From a virus (lineage: Duplodnaviria > Caudoviricetes): a DNA stretch of 64,000 nucleotides. The position numbers and the translations under genes are program-made. Shown piece by piece: positions 9,672-19,101 of the stretch (within the stretch, counting starts at the first letter, position 1; each line of letters starts with the position of its first letter). The notes beneath the pieces are model-generated. The model did not search any database, was not told where the DNA came from, and was given only the letters and a program-made list of their open reading frames with translations. The DNA is taken from IMG/VR virus record IMGVR_UViG_3300020465_001196, one strand, 5' to 3'.

Positions 9672-9952
9672 ATAATATGGGCTTCTACTTTGTGTGTGTC
9701 TTCGTCATAAAGTACATCTATTCTCTTGCCCGTTTTTTTATGAACTACAAATGGATATAAACGATAAATTTTATCTTCTAAAATAATGTCCGCATCACCG
9801 TAATAAGAATCAATCAATTCCATTTTTTGTAATTCTTCGTCTATTGAGTCACGACATCTTCTTTGTCGTAATAACAAAGTTATATCAATAATTTCTAAGT
9901 CGTTTTCTGCTTTGCTTTTAATAGACATAATTGTACCTTTGAAAGTGTACAA
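9662..9952 (-). CDS. Hypothetical protein (last 10 nt overlap tRNA-Asn)
   Basis: 96-aa ORF filling the gap between prs and the tRNA. Confidence 0.55.
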   Translation of the reverse strand: MYTFKGTIMSIKSKAENDLEIIDITLLLRQRRCRDSIDEELQKMELIDSYYGDADIILEDKIYRLYPFVVHKKTGKRIDVLYDEDTHKVEAHIIPQ

Positions 9953-9969
9953 TTATTTAGCAAATTTTT

Positions 9970-10905
9970 TTAAGAAAAGAGAGTACTTACTGATTCTTCG
10001 TTACTTACACGTCTAATTGCTTCTCCAAATAATTTATTAACAGATACTTGTCTAATTTTTGTAATATCAGTTGGACAACGATATTCAATTGAATCTGATA
10101 TAACAACTTCAGTTAATTGACTGTTTTGTATTTTTGTACAAGCATCATTTGTTAAAACTCCATGTGTAATATAAGCACGAACACTTACCGCACCTTTGGC
10201 CAATAATATTTTTGCCGCATTACAAAGTGTGCCGCCTGAATCAACCATGTCATCAACAAGTATTGCGTGTTTGTCTTTTACATTACCAATTACGTGCATA
10301 GCCTCACTTACACCTGGCCTTGATCTTCTTTTATCAACAATAGCAATCATTCCACTAAAACCATCTGCAAATTTTCTTGCTCTTACAACTCCACCTGCAT
10401 CAGGAGAAACAAAAACTGTTTTTGTTGCTTCATCACGTAAATTCTTTTTTATATCTTTTGTAAAGATCAATCTTGATGTTAAATCATCAACTGGTATATC
10501 AAAAAATCCTTGTATCTGTCCAGCATGAAGATCCATTGTTAAAATTCTATCTGCACCTGCTTCAGTAATTAAATTAGCAACTAGTTTGGCAGTAATAGGA
10601 GTACGACTTGATGTTTTACGATCTTGTCTTGCATATCCAAAATATGGCATTACTGCCGTAATCCTTTGTGCTGATGATCTTTTTAATGTATCAATCATAA
10701 TTAATAATTCCATTAAATTATTATTAACTGGTGCACTTGTTGATTGAATTACAAAACAATCTTCTCCTCGAACATTCTCTAATAATTCAATCGAACATTC
10801 ACCATCTGCAAACGTTCCAATTTTAGCCGGAACAATTTTTGTAAAGCAATGTTCGGCAATTGATTCAGCTAATTGTAAATTAGACTGACCAGCAATTATT
10901 TTCAT
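9970..10905 (-). CDS. prs: Ribose-phosphate pyrophosphokinase
   Basis: [34 protein letters not shown] and [10 protein letters not shown] motifs. Confidence 0.97.
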   Translation of the reverse strand: MKIIAGQSNLQLAESIAEHCFTKIVPAKIGTFADGECSIELLENVRGEDCFVIQSTSAPVNNNLMELLIMIDTLKRSSAQRITAVMPYFGYARQDRKTSSRTPITAKLVANLITEAGADRILTMDLHAGQIQGFFDIPVDDLTSRLIFTKDIKKNLRDEATKTVFVSPDAGGVVRARKFADGFSGMIAIVDKRRSRPGVSEAMHVIGNVKDKHAILVDDMVDSGGTLCNAAKILLAKGAVSVRAYITHGVLTNDACTKIQNSQLTEVVISDSIEYRCPTDITKIRQVSVNKLFGEAIRRVSNEESVSTLFS

Positions 10906-10918
10906 TTTTCCCCCTGTA

Positions 10919-11971
10919 TTATTTTACTGTATAACTTTCATAAACTTTGTTTATGTTGTTATAAGTGGTTACAAAACTTGCACACTTGGGCATATCTTTT
11001 AATCTTCTAGCACCAATGTATGTACAAGCACTCCTTACCCCGCCTAAAACATCTTCTACTGTTTCTTTTACTGGTCCTCTGTATGGTAAAGAAATTAATC
11101 TTCCTTCATTACCACGATAACCGTCTTTTCTTTTGCCATGTACTTCTCTTGCACGGTCTGAACTCATTCCATAAAATTCAATCTTTCCGTTATTAACTTT
11201 TTGTTCTGATTCATCATGTCCTGCTAACATTCCGCCTATCATTACCATATGTGCACCTGCACCAAATGCCTTTGCAATATCTCCAGGATGTACACAACCA
11301 CCATCTGCCATTATGTGTCCATCAACACCGTTGGCCGCATCTGCACAATCAAGTATTGCACTAAATTGTGGTACACCAACACCTGTCATTGTTCTTGTAG
11401 TACAAACTGATCCAGGACCAATACCAATCTTAACAACATCAGCACCATTTATAATAAGTTCTTCTGTCATTTCTGGTGTTACTACGTTACCTGCTACAAT
11501 AACTTTATCTGGATATTCTTCTCTTACTTTTGCAACAAAGCCTACCATATTTTGATGATACGCATTAGCAACATCAATTGTAATCATTTTAATATCAGGA
11601 AACATTTTTAAAACTTCTTGCATATTACGATAATCTTCTGCATCGTCATCAAATACCTTATTTGTTCCTGTACATACAGATACACTTTGTAATCTAACTC
11701 CGTTGCCTACTGCTTGTTTCCATTGTTCTGGTGTAGTAGTTTTTGTAATAACAGTCATCATTTTATATTCTTGTAATACTTTAGCCATACTAAATGTACC
11801 AACTCCATCCATATTACTTGCAAATATAGGAGTAAAGTTCATTACTTTACCTGAATTTCTAAATGTAAATTTCCTAGTCATATCTACATCTCTACGAGAT
11901 GTAAGTGTAGAACGTTTTGGTTGTAGCAAAACATCTTCAAAATTTAATTTTGTTTCGTAATTAATTCTCAT
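10919..11971 (-). CDS. guaC: GMP reductase
   Basis: [42 protein letters not shown] and EG motifs; E. coli-type length of about 350 aa. Confidence 0.93.
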   Translation of the reverse strand: MRINYETKLNFEDVLLQPKRSTLTSRRDVDMTRKFTFRNSGKVMNFTPIFASNMDGVGTFSMAKVLQEYKMMTVITKTTTPEQWKQAVGNGVRLQSVSVCTGTNKVFDDDAEDYRNMQEVLKMFPDIKMITIDVANAYHQNMVGFVAKVREEYPDKVIVAGNVVTPEMTEELIINGADVVKIGIGPGSVCTTRTMTGVGVPQFSAILDCADAANGVDGHIMADGGCVHPGDIAKAFGAGAHMVMIGGMLAGHDESEQKVNNGKIEFYGMSSDRAREVHGKRKDGYRGNEGRLISLPYRGPVKETVEDVLGGVRSACTYIGARRLKDMPKCASFVTTYNNINKVYESYTVK

Positions 11972-12972
11972 TATTTTAACTTCTTTAATATCTCTGGTCC
12001 AAAAACTTCATCAACTAGCATTGTATATACCCATGGATGAAAATGAACTTTGTCTGAATGCATTTTTTTTATTTCTTCATCAACATTACCGCCTTTTGAT
12101 TCAGCTTTTTTGTATGCCCATTTTTTTACTGACCAATCCATTTTACCTGCCATCCAATAATCTGGTTTATCAATAATTGGTTGGTATGTTTCTTTCCATA
12201 TAAAATGATCTAGCCAATGATGTCTATTTACGTGTGAGTGTAAACAGAATTTAACATTTAGCATTTTTAAAGTATTAATAATATTCATTAAGTTAGCAAG
12301 ATAACAAGATATTTCAAAATCACTTTGATCTATAAACACAGAATGGAAATAACAATAAGCCAACATTGCTTTAAAATTATCATCATTACGTCCTAATGCT
12401 GTATATAGTTCATTAAATTTTTTCTTAACATTATCTCTTTCATGATCACCTAAACTAGCACTTTCATAAAATTCTTGTACTGCTCTACCTGTTTCGCCTT
12501 TAAAAAATTCTTTAATTTTTACAGTAGTGTCTGCACCATGATAAAAGTCTACTGCTTCACCTTTTGAAATACTTTTTCTGTTGGGCCAATTATACTGTTC
12601 ACCTCTTTCCCAATCTTGTGTTAATACTCTTTGCCTTGCATATATTGGATGATACGGTTCTTTGTTTCTACCACCATGCTTTTGTATATAATGTCCTGTA
12701 ATTGCACTTGATATTTCAATATCAACTTTATCTGTGTCAGGTACTTCAATAACAAACATATCTGGTTTATATTCATTATAAAAATTTATAATTTTAGTTG
12801 GATAAAAGAAAGATGAAAAAGAACTTTCACCTCCGTTGTAAACATAATTGTCTACACCGTTATCTTTAAGATACTTACTTAACTGTCCTGGCCAGCCTTC
12901 TTCAAATGTATAATTTCTTTCATTTGCACCACCATATGTATGACTTGTTCCTAAACAAACTATTTTTTTCAT
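11971..12972 (-). CDS. SGNH/GDSL-like hydrolase
   Basis: N-terminal VCLGTSHTYG (block I-like) and C-terminal DKVH (DxxH). Confidence 0.5.
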   Translation of the reverse strand: MKKIVCLGTSHTYGGANERNYTFEEGWPGQLSKYLKDNGVDNYVYNGGESSFSSFFYPTKIINFYNEYKPDMFVIEVPDTDKVDIEISSAITGHYIQKHGGRNKEPYHPIYARQRVLTQDWERGEQYNWPNRKSISKGEAVDFYHGADTTVKIKEFFKGETGRAVQEFYESASLGDHERDNVKKKFNELYTALGRNDDNFKAMLAYCYFHSVFIDQSDFEISCYLANLMNIINTLKMLNVKFCLHSHVNRHHWLDHFIWKETYQPIIDKPDYWMAGKMDWSVKKWAYKKAESKGGNVDEEIKKMHSDKVHFHPWVYTMLVDEVFGPEILKKLK

Positions 12973-13223
12973 TCTTCATTCCTTGTTGTTAATACACAAT
13001 TTAATTTTGGACCTTTTATTAACAATTGTTTGTCTCCAGTGTCCTCTTTTAAAACTTCTAATATTGTATGTCCAGGAAATATATCATCTAACATAATTCT
13101 TGCTTGATCAATATCGCACTTTAGCAAGTCTCCAAGATCAAAACCTTTTAACTTTTTTAAATGTTTTCTTGTTGCTTTCACTTGCTTACGTACATCATCT
13201 AGGTTAACAATATCGTCTTTCAT
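12969..13223 (-). CDS. Hypothetical protein
   Basis: 84-aa ORF with a TAAATA motif just upstream. Confidence 0.55.
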   Translation of the reverse strand: MKDDIVNLDDVRKQVKATRKHLKKLKGFDLGDLLKCDIDQARIMLDDIFPGHTILEVLKEDTGDKQLLIKGPKLNCVLTTRNEE

Positions 13224-13270
13224 ATATGTATTTAATAGTACAATAATTTTTGTAAAAAATCAATAACTTT

Positions 13271-13519
13271 TTATTCATTCCAAAGTCTCCATTTTGGATC
13301 TTTTGGTACCCAACCCCATGGAATAGGCCTATCAAAATCTTCTTCATCCATATCTGCCCACATTCTTTCAAACATTTTATCAATATTGACTTCTTCTTCA
13401 TCATCAAATTGTTCTATTAAATGACTTATTCTTTCTCTTAATTTTTCTTTATTATATTCTCTAAGACGCTGGTAATCGTAATATTCTTTTAAATTACGAT
13501 ATTCCTGCTTAGAAATCAT
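13271..13519 (-). CDS. Hypothetical protein
   Basis: 82-aa ORF coupled to the upstream ORF. Confidence 0.55.
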   Translation of the reverse strand: MISKQEYRNLKEYYDYQRLREYNKEKLRERISHLIEQFDDEEEVNIDKMFERMWADMDEEDFDRPIPWGWVPKDPKWRLWNE

Positions 13520-13782
13520 TATAATTTATGATTAGACTTAAATTCCTGTATAGCATCAATAAATGGACTTTCTAATCCATACTGTTTAGATACTGCGGCA
13601 TGAATAAATTTAAATGCTATTGCAAGGTCTTGTTGGAATTCTGAATCATCAATAGGAAAATTACATTTATGCATTTCATGAAGTAACCCTTTGAATCCAT
13701 ATTGGCATACTGACTCAGCGGCATCCAGTTTTTGTCTATTATGCTTTTGTCTTGCTCTTTTTAAATTAATTACATTATCCAT
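13519..13782 (-). CDS. Hypothetical protein
   Basis: 87-aa ORF in a run of coupled small genes. Confidence 0.55.
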   Translation of the reverse strand: MDNVINLKRARQKHNRQKLDAAESVCQYGFKGLLHEMHKCNFPIDDSEFQQDLAIAFKFIHAAVSKQYGLESPFIDAIQEFKSNHKL

Positions 13783-13948
13783 TATTACCTGCTTGTTTTA
13801 ATATTTTAATTGAATCATTTATATTATACAACTCTTCTTCGAGTGATTCAACCATTTTTTGACTTGAAGAAAATTCTATTTGCGATTCTATATCCTGCCT
13901 TTCAGAATATAATAAATCTAATCTAGATTGTAGTTCTTGTTTATTCAT
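13775..13948 (-). CDS. Small coiled-coil hypothetical protein (57 aa)
   Basis: Manual translation MNKQELQSRLDLLYSERQDIESQIEF...; AAGGAG SD. Confidence 0.5.
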   Translation of the reverse strand: MNKQELQSRLDLLYSERQDIESQIEFSSSQKMVESLEEELYNINDSIKILKQAGNNG

Positions 13949-14114
13949 CGTCTTCTCCTTTTATTTTATGAAAAATTTTTCCTTTTTCAATAAGATGTAA
14001 TTCTTCATCAATTTTTTTAATTTCGTCTTGTAAATGATTTATGTTTTCCATTAAGCCAAGTTTCTTTCCTAATAATGACATTACTTCTGAATGATCTTTT
14101 ATATTAGTTTTCAT
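13941..14114 (-). CDS. Small hypothetical protein (57 aa)
   Basis: Manual translation MKTNIKDHSEVMSLLGKKLG...; ATGA overlap with 14111..14488. Confidence 0.5.
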   Translation of the reverse strand: MKTNIKDHSEVMSLLGKKLGLMENINHLQDEIKKIDEELHLIEKGKIFHKIKGEDDE

Positions 14115-14488
14115 TCGTGTTCTCCTCCTGGATCACCTTCTGGTAATTTTACTTTATATGGATTGCCAAATTTGTCCCTGTATATTACAAACTCTCTAGC
14201 TCTATTATAACTATGATATCCTTCTTGGAATTTGTATCTTGCTTTCTTTACATTATGGAATTGTTTAAATGTAAAATATACTGCAAATACAACTGCAATA
14301 TGACCTACAACTAATCCAGTCCAGATATCTGGTCTCATCATTCCCCAAATATATAATGTAAAGGCAGTAGACCAAACAAAACTTAATACCGTTAGCACTT
14401 GTAATCTAACTGTTTTTGGTAATGCCCTAAGATCGTTCTTTGTATCATCAAACAGTACTGTTGCTGTTGACATCATCCATTGTTTCAT
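14111..14488 (-). CDS. Membrane protein, hypothetical
   Basis: Two TM segments; GAGG SD. Confidence 0.65.
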   Translation of the reverse strand: MKQWMMSTATVLFDDTKNDLRALPKTVRLQVLTVLSFVWSTAFTLYIWGMMRPDIWTGLVVGHIAVVFAVYFTFKQFHNVKKARYKFQEGYHSYNRAREFVIYRDKFGNPYKVKLPEGDPGGEHE

Positions 14489-14862
14489 TTTAACCTCTTA
14501 AATAAATCCAATATTGTTGTTTTTTCTTTTTCTTCTTTTTCAAGTCTTTGTATTCTATTAATAACTAAAAAAATTATAGTTCCGCCAATTAGAATTGCAA
14601 TTAGTCCTACTGCTAACATTCCAACACCGTGTGCAAGATCCATTACATTACTCCTGCGTGATTTGCCGACAGTACCATTCCAAATGTAAACATCAGAATA
14701 ATATAAATTATAGGCAAGTTATCTAAAATCCACCATTTAAATTTTTTCATTGTAAGTGCCCCCAATACATTCCAAGACCACCAAATACAATCCACGTTAA
14801 TATTGCGATGGCTTTAGCATTTTTATCTATAAACTTATCAAACTTTTTCTTAAATTTCTTCA

Positions 14863-16236
14863 TTACATTTTCTCCCCAATTTCAAAACCTCTAAATCTTA
14901 AGAATCTAGGAAACCTTAAACTCCATTCATTATCAGCTTCTTGATTTTTAGTAATAGCATCTGCTCTTACTTCTACAATTTGTCCAATAAGTTTATCTTT
15001 ACTAGCCCAAAACTCATCTCTGTTAGTATCACTTAACCCACTACCAACATTAACTCTAATAAACTTTCCATCATCTGTACCTTCACAAATTAATGCACCA
15101 AGTTTACCTGTGTTTCTACCTGTGCCTTCTTCTGTTGATTTAACTTCTAACGATACTTCAATAAATGGTTTTGCTTTTAACATAAAATGACTTCGCTTAC
15201 ATTCATATACTGCATCTCTATCTTTAATCATTATACCTTCAAAACCTTTGTCAATTGCCATGGCATTATAATCTTTAAATGTTTTCTGACCTTCTTCTGT
15301 ATCAAAATTGCATTCTACTTTATCTACTACAAACATATTACTATCTTCTTTTGTATCAGAAAGTAAATCTTGTAATTGCAAATGTCTATCCCAACAACCA
15401 AGTTCTGACTTACCTTGCATAAACTCTTTTAATGTTAATACATCAAATAGTGCAAACTTGGCATCTGTTGCTTCTACATTGTCTTTTCTGTGTACTTGTT
15501 TCATTAATGCTTGAAAAGAACTAGATACCATTTCACCATCTAGCACCATAGACTCTGTAAATTTACTTGCAAGTGTATCTACTATTTCTTTTTCAATATG
15601 ACCAAAGTTAATAAACTGCTTACCATTTCTTGAATACATTGTAACTGAATCTGCTTCAACATCATATATAGCAAGTACTCTAACACCATCTAGTTTATAG
15701 TCTAATAGTTTTTCACCAACTAGTTTCTTTTCATGATTAGCAGAATCATGTGCCAACATACATTTAAAAACAGGTATAGTATAATCTTTGTTTACTTTTT
15801 TAACAACATTATTAATTGTTTTTTCACTTACACCACAACGTAGGTCTTTAATAAGAATACGTCTATACCACTTGTTCCATTCAGAATCATGCGAAGTATC
15901 CATTGCTTCAATAATAGCATCTCTGGCCGCATGACCTGTAAGTTCACGTTTCATTAATTGATCAGTAAGATCACAAAATTCACCCCATGGTAAACCTCTA
16001 CCATCAGGACCACTTCTTTCAGGAACTTGCTTAACACCAAATGATACCATAGGATCAAGTGCTAATTTACAACCTTCAAAGAAATCAATATTTTCTTCTT
16101 CTGCTTCTCGTTTGATTACATCTTCTTTAAACAATCTTGAATTATTAGATTCAAGTTCTTCTATTACACTATATTGACTAGTATAACTCATATAACACTC
16201 TCTTCCTTTCTTAACGGTGTCATAAATTTTGGACAT
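14863..16236 (-). CDS. ATP-dependent DNA ligase (T4 gp30-like)
   Basis: Adenylation motif KLDGVR, LDGEM, FDV, EGIMIK, LKAK and an OB-fold ending in LRFPRF. Confidence 0.95.
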   Translation of the reverse strand: MSKIYDTVKKGRECYMSYTSQYSVIEELESNNSRLFKEDVIKREAEEENIDFFEGCKLALDPMVSFGVKQVPERSGPDGRGLPWGEFCDLTDQLMKRELTGHAARDAIIEAMDTSHDSEWNKWYRRILIKDLRCGVSEKTINNVVKKVNKDYTIPVFKCMLAHDSANHEKKLVGEKLLDYKLDGVRVLAIYDVEADSVTMYSRNGKQFINFGHIEKEIVDTLASKFTESMVLDGEMVSSSFQALMKQVHRKDNVEATDAKFALFDVLTLKEFMQGKSELGCWDRHLQLQDLLSDTKEDSNMFVVDKVECNFDTEEGQKTFKDYNAMAIDKGFEGIMIKDRDAVYECKRSHFMLKAKPFIEVSLEVKSTEEGTGRNTGKLGALICEGTDDGKFIRVNVGSGLSDTNRDEFWASKDKLIGQIVEVRADAITKNQEADNEWSLRFPRFLRFRGFEIGEKM

Positions 16237-16448
16237 CCGTCATCTGTACAATAATCTTCATTTGGCTTACATGATGCTTCTGCATTAAATTCTATTCCAG
16301 GTAATGAAACTGATATAGAATTAAATTTACTTTCTTCTATTACACATTCTTCATATGAGTCGTATGATGTGCTAAAAGAAAATTCTTTTGGCTCCATTGT
16401 GTCGGTTGGAATAATAGTAAACCAAATTGTCAACAACCATTCACCCAT
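16188..16448 (-). CDS. Hypothetical protein
   Basis: 86-aa ORF. Confidence 0.5.
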   Translation of the reverse strand: MGEWLLTIWFTIIPTDTMEPKEFSFSTSYDSYEECVIEESKFNSISVSLPGIEFNAEASCKPNEDYCTDDGCPKFMTPLRKEESVI

Positions 16449-16696
16449 TATTTTTTCTCCATTGTAATATCAAATGCCCATTGATCCCAAGGTTCTGTAG
16501 TTGTTGCTTTTAGCAAATTCTTAACTACCTTGTAACCAGTAAACACTTGTAACGATTCTACAATAGTTTGTGCTATATCCTCATCAATATAATCACACCA
16601 CATAGTACCGTGTTCAAACCAAGGATTAATTTTTTGTTCATGTTCTATTGCAACATCATATTTTACTTGGTCCATTGCTATTTTTTCAAACGCCAT
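16448..16696 (-). CDS. Hypothetical protein
   Basis: 82-aa ORF coupled by TAATG. Confidence 0.55.
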   Translation of the reverse strand: MAFEKIAMDQVKYDVAIEHEQKINPWFEHGTMWCDYIDEDIAQTIVESLQVFTGYKVVKNLLKATTTEPWDQWAFDITMEKK

Positions 16697-17379
16697 TATT
16701 TGCTCCCTTCTGTTAAAATTTTAAGTCTATTAACTATTGTTTCTTTACCATTAGTATATTTGTTAATTTGATGTCCTTTTACCCAACAACTAACTTGTAA
16801 ATTTGCACCAACTACAATACCGCCATTAGAAGGATTTTCAGATGAAAAAGATTTAATAATATTATTATTTTTATCTAAAAATGTTATAATATGTAAAGAA
16901 CCATCTTTTACAGGTCTTACCATATCAACAATAACATCAAAAATCATTCTTTTTCTTTGCTCTCCAACAAATGAGCTTTTTTCAGCTAATTTATTTTCAT
17001 GTTCTTTTCTTTTTTCTCTTTCAATTGATGAACTATAAGTATGTGGTAAAGATGCTAAAACACCAATTTGCATTGTTTTAACATTTTCACTTGCAATAAT
17101 ATCAAGAACTTTATCTTGAAAGTCATTACCATTGTCACCTAATCTAAGTAATAGTAAACTTTGATAATGTTCAATTTGTTCATCAGCTTTTTTAAGATCA
17201 GCTTTTGTATACTTTGGTGTAGTTGCCAAAGCCTCCATAACTCTATCTTTATTAGATTTACGTTCTCCATGAACTGCTTCAGTAGTTCTAACATATCCAA
17301 ACTTACGGAAAACATTATTTGCTACTGCTAGAGCAATTTTAGTATCATATGTAGGAACAATTTTTTTCATATCACTCAC
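16696..17379 (-). CDS. Hypothetical protein (possible C-terminal OB-like domain)
   Basis: 227-aa ORF with GGAGG SD, downstream of a sigma70-like promoter. Confidence 0.65.
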   Translation of the reverse strand: MSDMKKIVPTYDTKIALAVANNVFRKFGYVRTTEAVHGERKSNKDRVMEALATTPKYTKADLKKADEQIEHYQSLLLLRLGDNGNDFQDKVLDIIASENVKTMQIGVLASLPHTYSSSIEREKRKEHENKLAEKSSFVGEQRKRMIFDVIVDMVRPVKDGSLHIITFLDKNNNIIKSFSSENPSNGGIVVGANLQVSCWVKGHQINKYTNGKETIVNRLKILTEGSK

Positions 17380-17569
17380 TAATGACCTCCCAGTTAATAT
17401 GTTTTGTGCTTAACTGTGGAAATATAGTTTTTAGCTCTTGTGTGTTAAAAAGTTTACCAGGTAAATCTGTATCTAATACATTTACAGTCTTTACTACTTT
17501 GTAAAGTGCTTCTTCTGGTTTATTAGAAAGACTTACGTTTTTAAATATAACTTTTGATGACATTTGCAT
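17372..17569 (-). CDS. Hypothetical protein
   Basis: 65-aa ORF with AGGAG SD. Confidence 0.55.
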   Translation of the reverse strand: MQMSSKVIFKNVSLSNKPEEALYKVVKTVNVLDTDLPGKLFNTQELKTIFPQLSTKHINWEVISE

Positions 17570-17597
17570 CTTCTCCTGTTAATTTAGTTTATATTTT

Positions 17598-17625
17598 AAT
17601 ATAACATAGATCTAAGATCTGTCAA
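17598..17625 (-). promoter_or_regulatory. Sigma70-like early promoter
   Basis: TTGACA-N16-TATATT on the minus strand. Confidence 0.55.
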
Positions 17626-17682
17626 CCAAAAAATACTAAAAAATTGGCCACTATATATAGTACTTTTTAATAAAATAGCCAC

Positions 17683-17690
17683 TATAAATA
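17683..17690 (+). promoter_or_regulatory. T4-like late promoter
   Basis: TATAAATA 5 nt before the ATG at 17696. Confidence 0.6.
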
Positions 17691-17695
17691 TTACT

Positions 17696-18709
17696 ATGCT
17701 TGTACAAGATCTTAAGAAAATAGAAGTAGAATTAACCACTAGATGTAATGCTAGATGCCCAGGGTGTGCTAGAACACTAAAAGGGGAAACAAACCCAGAT
17801 GTAGAACTGGCCGATATAACATTAGAAAATTATAAAAAAGTACTACACTCAAAAGAATATATACAAAACAAAGAAATTTTTTACTGCGGTGTTTTAGGTG
17901 ATCCAATAGTAAACAAAGAATTTAAAGAAATATGTGAATACACATTATCTATGAATCCTAAAATTTTAATTGTTTCTACTAATGGTGGTTTACGTTCAAA
18001 AGAATATTGGTCAGAACTAGGAGCAATAAGCAAAAAAGATCCAAAGTTAGATATACGTTTTTGTGTAGATGGTTTTGCTGATACTAATCACTTATATCGA
18101 GTTGGTGTTAATTGGGATAGGCTTGTAGAAAATATGACTGCATATTCAGAAGCAGGGGGAAAAGGACAATGGGTTTATAATCCTTTTGATCATAATATTA
18201 ATGATATAGAAAAAGCAAAACAACTATCTGCTAAACTTGGTTTTAAATTTACACTACGTTATTCTATGAAACAAGAAAGTACACACAAAGTTGTTAATAA
18301 AAAAACTAAAGAAGTTATAAACAACGTATCGTTAACAAATACAAAATATCAACATCCAGAATTAAAAAAACAAATAGAACAAAAAGAAGAAATTAAAAAT
18401 TTAAATATTAAATGTAAACTTGTACATGAAGGTGAAATATATTTTGGTGCTAATGGGCAAATTTGGCCTTGTTGTTATTTGTATGATAACAATTGGTATA
18501 AACGTGATGATATGTTAGAAAAGTTTTCTAAATATAATTCTAATTGGAATAATTCTTTTAATCATGACATTCAAGATATATTAGATCATGAATGGTTTTC
18601 ACAAATACTAAAAGATAGCTGGAATGAAAACCATCCTATGTTTTTATCAAGATGTCAAAAAAGTTGTTCTCACTTTGGTAAGAAACAACATACATTTGCT
18701 CAAATTTAA
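17696..18709 (+). CDS. Radical SAM protein with C-terminal twitch/SPASM domain
   Basis: CNARCPGC, GVLGDP, STNGG, F.VDG and C-terminal CK...WPCC...CQKSC. Confidence 0.9.
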   Translation: MLVQDLKKIEVELTTRCNARCPGCARTLKGETNPDVELADITLENYKKVLHSKEYIQNKEIFYCGVLGDPIVNKEFKEICEYTLSMNPKILIVSTNGGLRSKEYWSELGAISKKDPKLDIRFCVDGFADTNHLYRVGVNWDRLVENMTAYSEAGGKGQWVYNPFDHNINDIEKAKQLSAKLGFKFTLRYSMKQESTHKVVNKKTKEVINNVSLTNTKYQHPELKKQIEQKEEIKNLNIKCKLVHEGEIYFGANGQIWPCCYLYDNNWYKRDDMLEKFSKYNSNWNNSFNHDIQDILDHEWFSQILKDSWNENHPMFLSRCQKSCSHFGKKQHTFAQI

Positions 18710-19101
18710 TTGGCTAACGGATTTGTTGCTTTTAATCTTACTTGTTCAATTTTTTGATCTTGTAATTCATTTACTTTTGATTGGATCTCAATATCTTTAG
18801 TTGCTTTTAAGATTGTATCTTTTAATGCACTAATGTCTGCCTGGATTGCACCAATATCTGTTTCAGATTCATTTTCAAGTTTTTCTTCAATTGCTTTAAT
18901 TCTATCAATTGTTTCAACTCTAATATTTGCAATCTTATCATTTACATCAGTAAGGTCTACAGTTTCATTAACAACAAAATCTTTATTTTCAATTGCTGAT
19001 AATCTTGTGTTAAACTCGCCCCATGCATAAAATCCACCACCTATTGCACCAATAACACCAATCAAAGATGCCCATTGTGTAAGTTTATTAATTACGTTCA
19101 T
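18706..19101 (-). CDS. Membrane-anchored coiled-coil protein
   Basis: N-terminal TM helix followed by heptad-rich sequence. Confidence 0.7.
   Translation of the reverse strand: MNVINKLTQWASLIGVIGAIGGGFYAWGEFNTRLSAIENKDFVVNETVDLTDVNDKIANIRVETIDRIKAIEEKLENESETDIGAIQADISALKDTILKATKDIEIQSKVNELQDQKIEQVRLKATNPLAN

Noticed and set aside
14643-14750. Suspected frameshift in the small membrane ORF MKKFKWWILDN
   Set aside because: A recount of the A6 run shows an intact 35-aa ORF.
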